DNA of 64,000 bases, from positions 32,736,001 to 32,800,000 of the forward strand of contig OX597825.1 in the NCBI GenBank assembly GCA_951406725.2, read 5' to 3'. Each line of letters begins with the position of its first letter. The stretch's first letter is position 1. The position numbers were made by a program, and so were the translations under genes. This DNA is from Octopus vulgaris. Its lineage: Eukaryota. Of the stretch, positions 13,571-26,779 are shown piece after piece. The notes below the pieces were generated by a model. It did not search any database. It was given only the letters and a program-made list of their open reading frames with translations, and was not told the origin of the DNA.

Positions 13571-14169
13571 TGCTTTTATTATTCTAAAGTTTTGCTATTC
13601 TAAATGACCATTTTGTAACTGTTAGAATCTTTACACCCTTGTGTACAGCTTATGTTGCCTCCGTAACTAAAAAGACTTATTCTTATAGTTAAGCAGCTTA
13701 TGTTTACCAATGACAGCTCCATACGCAATTTCTTTCGATTCTTCACGCCAAATGTTTGATTTTTGTTTACTCTCAGCACAGAATCAAATAAAATGACTTT
13801 TGTAATAATGATGTAAATCGTTTTCCGATCAGCTAATTGATGCCATTAATCAGACTGTGTTCTTTTTGCTGCTGAAATGGTCCATTTTTTGTTGTCTTTC
13901 TTTCTCATACTTTCTGATGAAGCATTATTTTTCCCCGTCAATAAATCTTTTCTTGTTAATAATAACTCATCAACTCATCTGATTTTCGCCAGCTCATCAG
14001 ATTTTGGTGTCCATGCTTCATCTTGTTTGCTGTTAAATTTTTTCTTTTCGTAATAGCGCACTATTTACGTACGCTCCAGCTGTTTTCAACCAAAGGTAAG
14101 TTTTACACCATCTTTTTCATAGGGAGGTGGTGAACTTCCTTTTTCTCTATATTGATTTTACTACTACTG

Positions 14170-14225
<56 letters not shown>

Positions 14226-15043
14226 GCTACTGCTACTGCTGCTGCTGCTGCTGCTACTACTACTACTACTGCGGCTGCTGCAACTATTTGTAGTAGTAGT
14301 ATTAGTGTTGTTGTTGTTGTTTTTGTAGAGACAAGAATCTCCTTCGAATCCATTCGTAAGTTCTGTTGGTATTAAATGTGTTTTTAAAGTCTAGGCTTAA
14401 AATATTGTTCTCTGTTGTTCCTAAACTGCCAAAGATCCTGAGAAAATGCGTTTCTTTTTGGAATTGCTTATTAAAAGACAAAAAACATGGCATTGGAAAT
14501 TCGGACAGAATAACGGGAGAGATGTGGTATATGGAAGGGTATTCTTAGAGTCTCTTTCTCCAATTTATTGGTCTGTGGAATCCAAAGCACCACCACCGCT
14601 GCCGCCATTAATGCCCAAGCAAAAGATGGAAGCGATAATAAAAAAACAACATGCGAAGCAAAAGAGGACAATAACCTGTTAAACAGCAATACCCCCACCG
14701 CCATCTTCACAACTTCTTCAGCCGACAATGAAAACAGAAATAACATCTTTGCCGCCAATACCTCAACAATTCAAAATCCAGCTCACACACTGCTAAAGAC
14801 ATCACCACCACCACTATACCAGTTGTCTTGTTAGCGCACAAAGCCATAAAAGACAAGCATATGCAAAACCTGAGTCTTTTGACCGTGCATGGAGGGTGTC
14901 AGAAAAGTCGCAATTAAAAGTGGAAAACCTGTCAGAGTCGAAAAATTTGGTAACTAAACATTGACTCTCTCTCTCTCTCTTTCTCTCTTGCTCTCTTTTT
15001 TCTTTCTTTTTCTTCCCTCCTCTTTCTTTCTTTCTCTCTCCCT

Positions 15044-15138
<95 letters not shown>

Positions 15139-15142
15139 GGCA

Positions 15143-15486
15143 GAAGGTACGAGAATTTTTATTGATCACTACAGTTGTTTCAACCCATATAGCATTGCTC
15201 CCTCGCAGGTGAGATACTGTGCAACTGGCTTTGGTGTATCCCTCAGTGTAGACATGTCTCGTCAGGCATCTTATTAAAATAAACTGTTTCGCATAACTTA
15301 TTACTGTATGTTTTCTTCTTGGTAATAAGTTGTGCTAAACAGAGTTTATTTTAACAAGATACGTCTTGAACATCGCCTGAAGAGACACATCTACACAGAG
15401 GGATACATCACATCTACACCAAGACAGTATCCCACCCGCGAGGGGGCAAAATGACTATAGTGATCAATAAAAATTCCCGTATCTTC
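15143..15486. repeat. About 345-bp imperfect palindrome containing hammerhead cores (Penelope-like inverted terminus)
   Basis: Arms match as reverse complements along their length (gaaggtacgagaatttttattgatcactacag vs rc gaagatacgggaatttttattgatcactatag); loop 15305-15321. Confidence 0.85.
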
Positions 15487-15594
15487 CATCTTCTGCTTCT
15501 CTCATTAACAACCCAACAAACACTAAGCAAATGAACGTGCTTTACCTGCAAACTGCCAGGTGTATACGATACGATTTATTAACTACTACCTATA

Positions 15595-15634
<40 letters not shown>

Positions 15635-15670
15635 GTGTGTGTGTGTGCGTGTGTGTGCGTGTGTGTGTGG

Positions 15671-16110
15671 TGAATCCAAACAAAGAAGAACACATGAAAA
15701 ACAACAACGCGAGGATGCGGTACAAGTAATGTATTATCAGACGCTCAGGAAAGGAAAGAAAGAGGATTTAACGTTTCGAGCAAAGCTCTTCATCAGAAAT
15801 AGAGGGAAGTCCAAAAGAAGGGAAGACGGAGAAAGAAAATCGCCAACGATTGACATGTGCTTACATTTTGAAATGACCGGAAGGGAATGGGCGAAGAAAA
15901 ACTTCTTTCTAAGGCAGGAGAGTGTAAGAGGAGATACACGTTAGATTCTAAAGCGTTCCTTGCTTTAAGGATGTCGTGAAAGGCTTGGCTGGAAGCCCAA
16001 CCTTCCCAGTTCTTTTGCAGAGCTTAGAAAAGCTGAAGGATCGCTGTAAAAAGTGCGTGAATCTGATATGTTTAATAACATCATCATTAACTGATCCAAC
16101 TGTATATATA
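15671..16110 (-). mobile_element. Penelope-like pLTR remnant; homologous partial copy at 55272-55400
   Basis: 15673-15795 aligns with 55272-55400; carries a hammerhead; flanked by dinucleotide repeats. Confidence 0.55.
15766..15800 (-). ncRNA. Minimal type I hammerhead ribozyme (CUGAUGAA variant)
   Basis: attt-CTGATGAA-gagc ttt gctc-GAAAC-GTT-aaat; self-complementary stem III aacgtt. Confidence 0.7.
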
Positions 16111-16644
16111 CTCCCTCGTATGCGTTTGTGTGAGTGTGCGTATGTTTGTGTGTGTGTGCGCGTGTGTGTGTGAGTATGTATGTTTAAATGTACTACCAAG
16201 TAAGAGGGCGCTCCGAGACAACTGATGGTGCTTTAACAACTTTTGCCTAAACGAGGATTTTCTCCATGGTTAACCGCAGTACAAATGGCCTTTCTACAGT
16301 TCATAATTGAGTTACAAACATAATTGAGCTGATTTAAAAGTCTGTTTGGTTCAAAACACTGCTTAACTTGCATAATGAATTGTTCTGATATTTTGACTAA
16401 TGTTGTCTGTAGTTGTTCTTTCCCTGCCCATACTCATCCCCAACTTCTACTTCTTCATACTGTTGGTAGTGCAATGTTTTCTATTATATTTTTAATCAAG
16501 TTCTAAAGGAAATCGTTTGACTCAAAATGTTGGGATCAAAGAATCATTGTCATTTTTCAAACCGACAGATTTTTTCGGTTTAGTCACGATCTCTTGTTTT
16601 AGATATCATCACCATCATCATCATCATTGCCATCGTCGTCATCA

Positions 16645-16684
<40 letters not shown>

Positions 16685-16715
16685 TACTGTTACTATTATT
16701 ATTATTATTATTATC

Positions 16716-16810
<95 letters not shown>

Positions 16811-16836
16811 CATTATTATTATTATTATTGTTGTTG

Positions 16837-16867
<31 letters not shown>

Positions 16868-16947
16868 TATTGTTATTATTAGTTGTTATTATTATTATTA
16901 TTACTATCATTATTATTGTTATTATTATTACCATCATTATTAATATC

Positions 16948-18400
16948 GTGTCGGCTTATATCCACAATGTCACTGCAGTGATGCCGAAAAGTAAACACAT
17001 TGAGATAATCGGCACCACTCCCACGCAGTACGAAGCAGTACAAGGAGCGAAAACTAACCAGGAAAAGTCAGTGGGCTTGCGGGTCGGCACCTGCAGAAAC
17101 AAGACCATGCTATCGAATTGCGTTGATGGGCGCTGGATGGGCGGACAGGTTAAATTGCTTGAGGTCTGGTTCGGTTCAGTCCTCTAGATGGACAAAAACT
17201 GAGATGAGATAACGAGCAAGGTGGCCTCCCTCACCCAGAATATGTGCCGAGAGGTATCTTTGAAAGTGCGGGCAAAGCTGACTAACGTGTAAATCATGTC
17301 TGTCATCTACTACTGCCTGACCGTCGTACCTTTTTCCAGTCCCCTTCTGGCTTCACTGGAGCGCATATTCTTTCGCTACTTGTTGTCAACACCCGTTGTA
17401 TGGTGAGCCGGGCATGCTATGTTTGATGATACACAAAGATGCGCTGAGACTACATCTCCAGCGCTTCCTTGACGAGGTACAAGTATGGATGCAGTCCTTC
17501 AGACGCGTATTTCCCCCAGCTCGTCTACTTGGCGGAGCCGCAACCTTGCGTGAAGTAGAGAGAGAGAGAGAGAGGCACTTGGGAAGTGGAATGTCTTCAA
17601 GAGCTCACAGCCTCCAGCTAGTTGGGCACTGCGATAGATAGATAGATGGAGAATCCAAGTTGGATTTCTATAGAGGATTAGTGACTGGTAAAAAGTGATG
17701 ACATTCTTGAGGACACCCTGGTCGTTGAAGATGATCAACAAGCCACTCTCTTCCGAAGAACTTTCGGCCCAGGAGCCGATGGATAACTTCCAAAAATCCC
17801 TGGCTTGTCAGTGCTACCGGGGATCTTTGCCTGTTCGAGCTAAATTCTACAGGTACAGAAGTGCCGTCAGCCAAGATGCACGCAGGGCGGGACAACAAAA
17901 CCGTCATGCACGTATTCATCCAGTGCCCGATCTTTGCTGACCCGTGGGTTTAAGTCAAACACTTGCCTTCCCGTGTAGGACGGATCCGGCAATCAATTGA
18001 ATCCATCGTGAAAATCACCCCCACCGCCTTCGTTTAACCAGGAAGAACAGGCAGCTTTTACATGCCTAGTGGCCATGAAAAAGGAGGTTGCATGATGGAC
18101 ACGATTAAAGGAGCAAGAGACGAACTCTTATCTCTTTGATCAATCCATCATTAACTTCAATTTTCACTTGAAGAGGAAAGTGAAAGTGAGAGAGAAGTGT
18201 TACATTCCAACCATTTTGTTGAAAGGTGGACGAGAGTGGTAAACGTGGGGAGAGTGAGCGGTCCTGCCCTGAGCATACGCCTGTAAATCGGAGATAAAGA
18301 ATTGAGAAAAGGCCCCTGCCCCAGAAGTCAGGCCACCCGTAATTTTCTGGAGTTTTTCCATGAGCAGCCATCGAACGTTTCCACCCTATTGAGGAATACT
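16948..18400 (+). mobile_element. L1/Tx1-type LINE ORF2 3' part, decayed and 5'-truncated
   Basis: VSAYIHNVT (decayed SAYADDVT), YEAVQGAKTNQEKSVGLRVGT, VKLLEVWFG, then LSLKxRA-like thumb region; many stops. Confidence 0.8.
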
Positions 18401-18463
18401 CATTGTTAAAATTTTATTACTACTTCTTTTATTGCGAAACCCGTTTACGGGCAATAACACACG

Positions 18464-18526
<63 letters not shown>

Positions 18527-18599
18527 GCGGTGTTTTATTTTATGCCGTCCATAATGTTTTTCTTAATTTAAACCTTTTGTGGTCAACAAAGAAGTTCTC

Positions 18600-19114
18600 C
18601 TCCCCCGCATCAATATTATTAGTTATTCTTCTTTCAATTTTCTTTCCATTTCTTGCCGAGTGTCTTCCCGACACCTAGGGCAAAGAAGCTCACTGTATAC
18701 ATTGATAGGCCATAACAATAAGCACACCAGATTCCTCATTTACAAGGTCAAGTTATGTGATTCACAGCGACAATGCTCATCTCAGTACATGTGATGCATC
18801 AGTTAAAACAATCTTTTGCACTTCTTGCATGGATGGTAAGCCAGGGTTCATCCTCAACTAATTTTCAGTTCCCATCATTCCAAGTCCTCTTATAATCATT
18901 GGTATTGTAACCGCCTTGAGATGCCACATTTTTTTTTAAAATTTCAATGAGCAAATCTTTATATTTTCTGAACTTGTAAAATTCTTTTGCTGAGATGTTA
19001 TGATCACAAGGAATGCTCATGTCGATCAATAAACAGACTTTATTGTTTTGATCTTTCACAACAATATCCGGTTTATTAGCTTTGATGGTTCCCAAATAAT
19101 CGTTACATTTTCCC

Positions 19115-19117
<3 letters not shown>
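18600..19117 (-). mobile_element. Third R4/Dong-type REL LINE 3' fragment abutting (AAT)n
   Basis: TIKANKPDIVVKDQNNKVCLLIDMSIPCDHNISAKEFYKFRKYKDLLIEI..MWHLK..SMQEVQKIVLT..HVLR. Confidence 0.88.
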
Positions 19118-19183
<66 letters not shown>

Positions 19184-19883
19184 TTGTTCTTTGAGCGACT
19201 CTGATCCATAACGTTGCCGTCCCGTTGTTTGCGCAGCCTTTCTTAAATTTCTCGAGAAAAGTTGGATTTCCTCTCGTTAATATCGTTTAAGGGATTCTGA
19301 AGAAAACGAGAGTTGAAAATTTCTCAGTGTCAGCCTCAATTTGTGAACATAAACTTGTTGTGGCACACACACTCTTCTCTAGTCTGTAAATAGCGGTCGG
19401 TGATATTAAAACTGTCAACAAGTTTAACGTTTGATGTAAGAAGAGGTCTAGGAGGCAGCCATGATTGACGTAGTAGTGGTAACGTGAAATTTGTCGTCTG
19501 CTTTGAAATTTTGTTGTCTAACATTTTTTGTGAAAGCAAAAAATATGACTTTTTCTCAAGATTTTTTCGAGAGAAGTATGACAAATGTGCTGGTGTCAAC
19601 TCTGACAATATCAGTAATGTGTATTTCATGTATCACAGAAGTGATGCATGAAAACGATACCAGAATAAACGACGAAAACAACAATAACAACAACAACTAA
19701 ACCAACAACAAAAGCACAAACAACATCAAAAGCACTGATAACATTGAAAACACAAAAAATATGGGAAAAAATCTGTAAAGAAAGGAAGGTTGAAATGATA
19801 AAAATGTCAATATTGAACAAGGCCAACAGCTAAAATATTGAGAATGTCAGTGAAGAAAAAAAAACAAGTGGCCCTATTATCAT

Positions 19884-19914
<31 letters not shown>

Positions 19915-19959
19915 GTTGTCGTCGTTGTCCATGTCGTCATCATTGTCATCATCATCACT

Positions 19960-20000
<41 letters not shown>

Positions 20001-20664
20001 TATTATCATCATCATTGTCGAAATCTTCATCGTCGTCGTCATCGTCATCAACAATAGAACAGAAAATGTAGCATCTTTATTGGAAACGACAGAATCAAGA
20101 AGAAGAATGCAGAAGAATAAAGAACAATCAGTAACTTCAATAAACAAAACAACAGTAACATCAAGAAATGCAAGTGATTATTTTCCAGAGTCACAAGCAC
20201 CTTGGCTGGATTTAGTACAAATATAAAACGACTGTTAATATGAGATGGAAGCCTTATATAAATAGTTCTGGGATGATACAGTATCCTCCAGAAGACGAAC
20301 AAATATAATTTGCCGAGAAGCAGTTATTGCATAGATAAAACGAAAGAAGCGAAGGGTGTAAGACCTATTTTCTTTGTAGGCAGAAAAGTGGCGACAGTGT
20401 GTATTGGATGTCATTTGATAACTCAAAAAGGGGAGACAGTATAAGTTGGTAGAAGGTCTGTTTTGAAATGAAGAAGTGTAAAAGCAGTCCTCGAAGCTTT
20501 GTCTCGTAGGATTTGAACCTAATTCGTATCCATATAGTTTGTGGTTCTTTTAAAGTGTTCAGTCATAAGATACTACCAAACATGGATTAATGGATATATG
20601 GATTAATAGATATATTGATTATTGGATATATGGTGGTGATGGTGATACAACATCGTAGTCTATA

Positions 20665-20885
20665 ATTCTTTCTACTATAGGTACAAGGCATAAAATGTTG
20701 GGTGAGGGAGACTAATCGATTATATCGACCCCAGTGCTTTAACTGATACTTATTTTGTCTACTCCGAAATGATGAAAGGATGAGAGGCAAAGTCGGACTC
20801 GCTGGTATTCGAATTCAAAACGTAAAGACAGAAGAAATGCCGCTAAGCATTTTGTCCGGCGCTGCTACGATTCTACCAAGTTGCC
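20665..20885 (-). mobile_element. SINE type B
   Basis: Reverse complement of the 8666-8880 family. Confidence 0.75.
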
Positions 20886-21080
20886 TCTTCTTTGTAAACT
20901 CTGATATGCTCGAAATGTAAAACAACAACTCTGATCTTTCTTTGAGTGTCGTATTAATACATTGCTTGTACTACGTCCTCACGTTTGTTTGCTTTTTCTT
21001 TTTCTTTATTTCCCTGGGGTTTTTTTTTAAATTGACTATATGTGTGTGTGTGTATAGGTATGTATGTATATACGTATATG

Positions 21081-21144
<64 letters not shown>

Positions 21145-21921
21145 CCTGCTCGCTTAGCCAGCGGGGTGGCGTCATTCGAAGGCTAAAACAATGCGAACGC
21201 ATTGTGACCAGCGATGTGTAACAACATCTGATGGTCTGGTCGGTCACGTGATCACGTGATATATATATATTCCCCTTCTTCTCTCCCTTCCTCTTGCTCC
21301 TCCTCCCCCCTTCCCGTCGTCCACCCGCGACGATACTTCCGCTCTGACTGTCTTTCTGGCCTGGCCTTTCAAGGTAACGTACGACATACTTCCTGCTCCC
21401 CTGTCAAAAAAATTCTGCGTTTGCAATACTTTTTTTCGTTCGGCGTCAACAGCCCTTCTTATCTTGTTTTTCCCTGTCCTGTCTTTTACTGTTTATATTT
21501 TTGTACTGTCGTTACTGTCCTGTTTTTTTACCATTTTTTACCATTTTTTACCCCTCTGCGAAAAGATCTCAGAATTTTAATTGATTTGCTTTTCGCAGGA
21601 AGGAAAGTTTCTTGTCGAAGATACGTCTAACTTTTATCCTTCGAAACGTAGAGTAGATGAAACCTTAGCGACTGAAGAAGGGGTTTTTTCTTTGTGTTAA
21701 TTGTCCTGTACTCCATTTTTTTGGTGTTTTAAAAAAAATGTCCAGATCCTTTGGTTTGTGTCTATGTTTTCGTTTCTCTTTGTGTTCGACGTCCCTTTGG
21801 TGTCCTGTACTCATATATGCGTGTATATGTACATGTAGAGGTAGGTACGTACATATATGTTTATATATATGCATATGTTTTATTTCATTTATTAATATAT
21901 ATATATATATATATATACACA

Positions 21922-22304
21922 CGCTTTAGTGACGTATATATTGCTGCCTTTCGGTTGAAAAATTGCTAACAAGCCACCATTATTATCTATAATTTACACC
22001 TTTACCGTTTATGAAATCGGTGATCTTATAAGCTGACGGGGGTAGTTGAGTTTAACCCAAGGTACCGGTGAGAACCACTCACAAACATTAATGTAAACGC
22101 GAAATGACTGGCGATCTGGCTATGTCCGGTGTTTAGGGAGCTCGCTTCCCTTGTCAGTAAATAAGACGGTGCGTTATTGTAACTATGAATTGTTTTGGCT
22201 CTTATTTCTAGCATACTGGTGATGAATAGCGCCTTCAGTCGCTTTAGTGACGTATATATTTTTGCCTTTCAGTTGAAAAATTGCTAGTAAGCCACCATCA
22301 TTAT
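21922..22304. repeat. 65-bp direct repeats (21922-21986 and 22240-22304) bracketing a decayed hammerhead
   Basis: cgctttagtgacgtatatatt..gcctttc.gttgaaaaattgcta..aagccaccat occurs twice; minus strand CTGACAA-ggga..tccc-TAAAC at about 22120-22160. Confidence 0.75.
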
Positions 22305-22795
22305 TTGTGTGTGAGAGTGTGTGTGTGTGTGTGTGTGTGTGTATGAATTTGTGTATATATGCATATATGTTTGTATGTATGTGCATATCGATTTAGTTCG
22401 ATATTACAAAAAGGAGACCCAAACACACTGAAAGGCGGTGCTCCAGCATGGCCCCAGCCTTTGGTCGAAACCAGTAAAAGATAAAAGAAAAGATATTAAG
22501 TGTTACTCTAAGGTATCTAAAATCTTCCTTCAAAATCTTATCTTTGATTTCCTCTCATTTGTCCGCGTTCAAATCCTTTGATTCCAAAACTTTGCAACTC
22601 TTTGGTCTTATTTCTCTTTCTTTATCCAATCAGATATTACTGCCATAATTCTGTTTTCCTTTCCAGATACCCTTTTCCTATTTCTTTGAACCAAACATCA
22701 TAAAAAAAACCGAACACGTGGATTGTATGCAACAGGATATCGATTGGTGTGCCATCTCTAGCCAGTTTGTTACACACATACACACACACACATAT

Positions 22796-22878
<83 letters not shown>

Positions 22879-23101
22879 GTATATAATATATGTGTGTGTA
22901 AAATATATGTGTGTGAAAATTAAACCCACATACACAACGCGTGTGTGTTGTTAGTTCGTGGGTTGGCAGTGTTTTTTGGCATAAGAGAATTATATTTTCA
23001 ATGCATTGGTGTTTAAAACACCTGAAAGTAAGTCATAGACAAGCGAGACTATTTACATCAGGTCTCTTTCTCAGAGCGACAGACATCAATGTGTGTGTAT
23101 A

Positions 23102-23300
23102 TATATTATATAAAATCCCTTCTGTCTGTCTGTCTGTGTTTCTTCTCGGATCTCGGGCATCCTCCATTCGATTGCGCTCAAATTTGATATGTAGATACCG
23201 ACGATATCAGGGCGTCTATAAGACTTGAAAAAAATTACCAAAATCGATTTCAGGTGAGAATGCGATCGATAAAGCCGTGGGAACGTGCATTTGTAAAATC
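23102..23300 (+). mobile_element. Helitron-like non-autonomous element, 5' part
   Basis: tattatataaaat..(ctgt)n..cgattgcgctcaaatttg; inverted homologue at 37820-37995. Confidence 0.55.
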
Positions 23301-23599
23301 GTTTTTCTTGGAATAGAAAAAAGTCTATCTTTATTTCTTCTTTTGATGGTGTCTCAAATGTAGGTTAAATCAGTGTTTCTGAAAGGGGTGGCCTATGGAA
23401 CGGTCGAACAAGTAGTTTTGAGAAAATTTGGTTTAAATGTTTGACAACTTAGCACCGTTCATTGGCCGAGGGTCGTTTTGCTCGTATGTATATATATATA
23501 TATCACAGTTTATTTTGACTCTCTCGTTATTGCATTTGTAACCACATCCAGTTTAATCCTGAAATATATTAGCACTAAACAAAAGACCAAAGGAGTGTA

Positions 23600-24800
23600 A
23601 GGCAACATCATGGAATATTCTTCGTCTGATAGTTATTGGTTTCGTTTTAAATCTTTCTTTCCTCGGGATCATAACAACTGTTTTTCATTTCCTTAAGTCA
23701 TATTTGATACTATTTTATTCATGTTACCCCGAATCTATAAAACGGGGAAGAATCTCAAAATCCTTCTTCTAACCGAAATGTTTTGTATGATCGTTTCCTG
23801 TCTCCTTTCCTGAAATAAGGTTTCCTTCTTTATTTTTCATTAACTGAGTATTATCACTTGCGTTGAGATTCATGTTAACACTCAGTTTATTGCCAGACAG
23901 CGAGAATATGGCCAGCTATTACCTACATTAGTTGACTTAACCTTGTGGTCTAGATATTCACATCCATTTTCCAGTGTGTCTCTAATGGTTCAGTTTGTGT
24001 TTCATTCTTACTTTTGCCGCTATTTTATCATTAAATTTCACATTAAGGGAGAGTATTTTATTGGTGTTTAGAAATATATTCTATCGATTTTAGTTCCTAA
24101 GCTATTTTCATCTTCCCCAGCCTTAGATCTATCTTTTTCTACGCTAAGATCTTTCCCAATTTGAAATATATTTCGTATTTTTTGTTGATGTGTTTCTGGT
24201 TCAGTTTTTTTGATCGATATTATATAGATTTGCTTAGGTTTGATTTCGTTGAGATTTACTTCTTTTTTTATATATTCAGCGCTAACTCTGTTTTCTTGCA
24301 ATTTGTATTTTTGCTTGTTTGTAATTTTATGATATATTCATTCCTTAAACAATTCTATTTCTACGTTTGATATCTTTAAGATGTTAATTAAGTATCTTCT
24401 TAAATTAGCAAGTCTGTTGAGACCCAAATTTACTTCTAATAATGAATATTTTCCCTCCAGATATTATACATGCATATTTTGGGAGATAAGTTTTTGAAAA
24501 AAAATAAATGTTGAGTGTTGGATGTAACTGTAAAATATATATCTTGCATAGGAGCATATTCTCCCACGAGACTTTTAGTTCATTTGTGAGTTTTGCGATA
24601 TAAATACCAAGCTTCTGTTGAGATTATCATCAATTTTAATAGGAACCAGTTTATTCTTTTCTGACGATGCAACATTTGCACGCTCTATTTGTTCGTATTA
24701 TTTATGAACCACCATCAAAGTACGCATTCCCCTATTGAACTTGTGCTCAACGATACAGTTTTTGTTTGTCTTGATGTGCTTTTAAGCTTAATGTGTCTCT
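23600..24800 (-). mobile_element. Highly decayed L1-like LINE fragments
   Basis: TKIDRIYF (endonuclease SRIDR-like) followed by HWK (GYWKLN-like), plus LGIYI thumb-like remnants. Confidence 0.35.
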
Positions 24801-26377
24801 TGATGCTTTGATTTGTATTCCGTTGAAATGTTTATGCGTGGAGGCCAGCATCGCTAATAGTGCAATGTTAGCCATACATAACTTTATGAAACAAAGAGGA
24901 ATAAAATTCAGAAAATTAAGTCAATGCATTCCATATGCGGATAACCATCAATATTCTTTGTCTTGTTTTGTTTTCGTTCTTTGTTTTTGATTTTGATTTT
25001 TGTTTTAGTTCGTTATTATTTCATCGATTATTTCCAATAAATATTGTCCGGTGCTATGAATTACAGACATTTGTCAAATTATTCCCTCTCCGCCATCTGT
25101 TTCCCTTTTAGCAAGTCGTACTTTAGGACTGTGCATTGACAGAATCATTGAGGTGTCGAACGAAAATGCCGTATTCCAGCTCTTTATATTCCGAGTTCAA
25201 ATCCTGCCGAGGTTAACTTTTCCTTTCATCCTTCCGGACCTCGATAAAACCTGATACCAGTCAAGTACTGAGCTGATTTATTTGATTAGCCTCTTACGCC
25301 ACATTTGTGGGTCTGCATCTACGTTAGTAACTATTAGGGTTCTCTTAGTTGTGGCCCTTATGATGTGAGTAATGAGACAACACTTGCAGATGCAACATGT
25401 CGGGGTAGTTGTAGGTAGCAACAAGGGCGCCACCATCACCAACAGCAGCAACAACAGCCGTTGTAGAATTTGGACCTGGAGATCTCCATTTCCAGCGACT
25501 TCGAGGGCCACCTCCCAGTGGTATCGGGCGTCAACGAAGAGCCCTGGACAACAACAAGATGACCAAAGTGTTTTTTTCCAAGGTCTGGGGTTTCCCGCCC
25601 CTAAGCCCTGGACCATCACCTAATCACCCTTAACCGTCTTGTTGCTTAACAACAACAACAATAACAACGACAGAAACACCACAACCAACAGCAGCACCGC
25701 CACCACCACCGCCAACAGCAGTAGTCGTCTGAGAGGCAGAGCCAGTGTTAAAACAGTAGCACTAGCAACGTCGGCAGAAGCAACATCAATGAAAGTAATC
25801 GCATCAACTGTAGCAACAACAGTGACTAAGTAGTAATGATGAAAGTAACAATGTCTGCGGCAGCAACGGCAGCAGTTGCAGGTGCAGGAGCAGTAATAGG
25901 TGCAACAGAAGCATTAGGAGCAAAAGTAGTGGCGCAGTAGTAGCAGCAGCAGCAGCAGCAGCAGCTGATTCGTTCTGCTTGAATCGCTGTCGAGTATCAG
26001 AACATTCTCAATGTCAATAGATTCTTGAGGGTCTTGTGATCGGAAATGGTATACAGATCTGTTTCAGTAAATAATCAAACTTATGAAGGTTCTTATTTTT
26101 ACCCTTTCATAATCATTTTCCCGTGATTTGGTGCAACTAACCGCTGGGATGCTAATGCAGGCACGTTCAAGCAATCAGCTCACATCTTTGTTTCTTTTTG
26201 TTTCTCCGTCATGCGCAGAAGGTTTATTGTGTTGAAACCTGTCCAGTATTTAATGTTGTCAGACTCAAATTTCTGTCTTTTCCCTCCTTCAGTTGTACGA
26301 TGGAAAGAAAGGGTTTGGATGGAGAGTTGTGTCTGGGTGCATGTCCGTTCGAGACGAATTTTCGGTACTTCCCAGCG

Positions 26378-26609
26378 GCAATGTTGGAATACGAAGGAAG
26401 GTAGGACCCCCCATCACATCAGTAAATCTATCGAAACTAGATGAAAATGGCGAGCTTGGTACTCGCAAAACAACCTACAATAAGTTTCCGCTCGTACACT
26501 GAGGAATGACATCATACTGCCGATATCTCGGGGTATCCATTCCTATTTCTCCGAGATTTCCTGACAGTCTATCGAAATTACTTTGAAATCGCAACATATT
26601 GACCAACGT
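26378..26609 (+). repeat. Copy 1 of an approximately 225-bp direct repeat
   Basis: Aligns with 28162-28381. Confidence 0.92.
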
Positions 26610-26779
26610 TTTTAAAATACACTTGGCTTTAAGCTGTCCGGCGAGAAGCGAATCACCTGTTTTGGATGGTCTACGAGACAGACCTTCTACACGCATTTTG
26701 TGACGTCAACTACGGATGGAAACGGAAGGTGAAATTCTTCAGTCTTGTGAAGATGGATGCGAGCAAAATGGACTAACAT

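Noticed and set aside
13620-14110. Possible exon or LINE linker on the minus strand
   Set aside because: Multiple stops and no diagnostic motif; at most an old LINE relic
21550-21655. gaagga...tccttc-GAAAC-GTA-gag hammerhead-like 3' half
   Set aside because: CUGANGA is absent
25278-25965. GC-richer ORFs with Ser/Thr/Ala/Gln runs
   Set aside because: Short, stop-interrupted and trinucleotide-derived; may be decayed ORF1 of the downstream LINE but this cannot be supported
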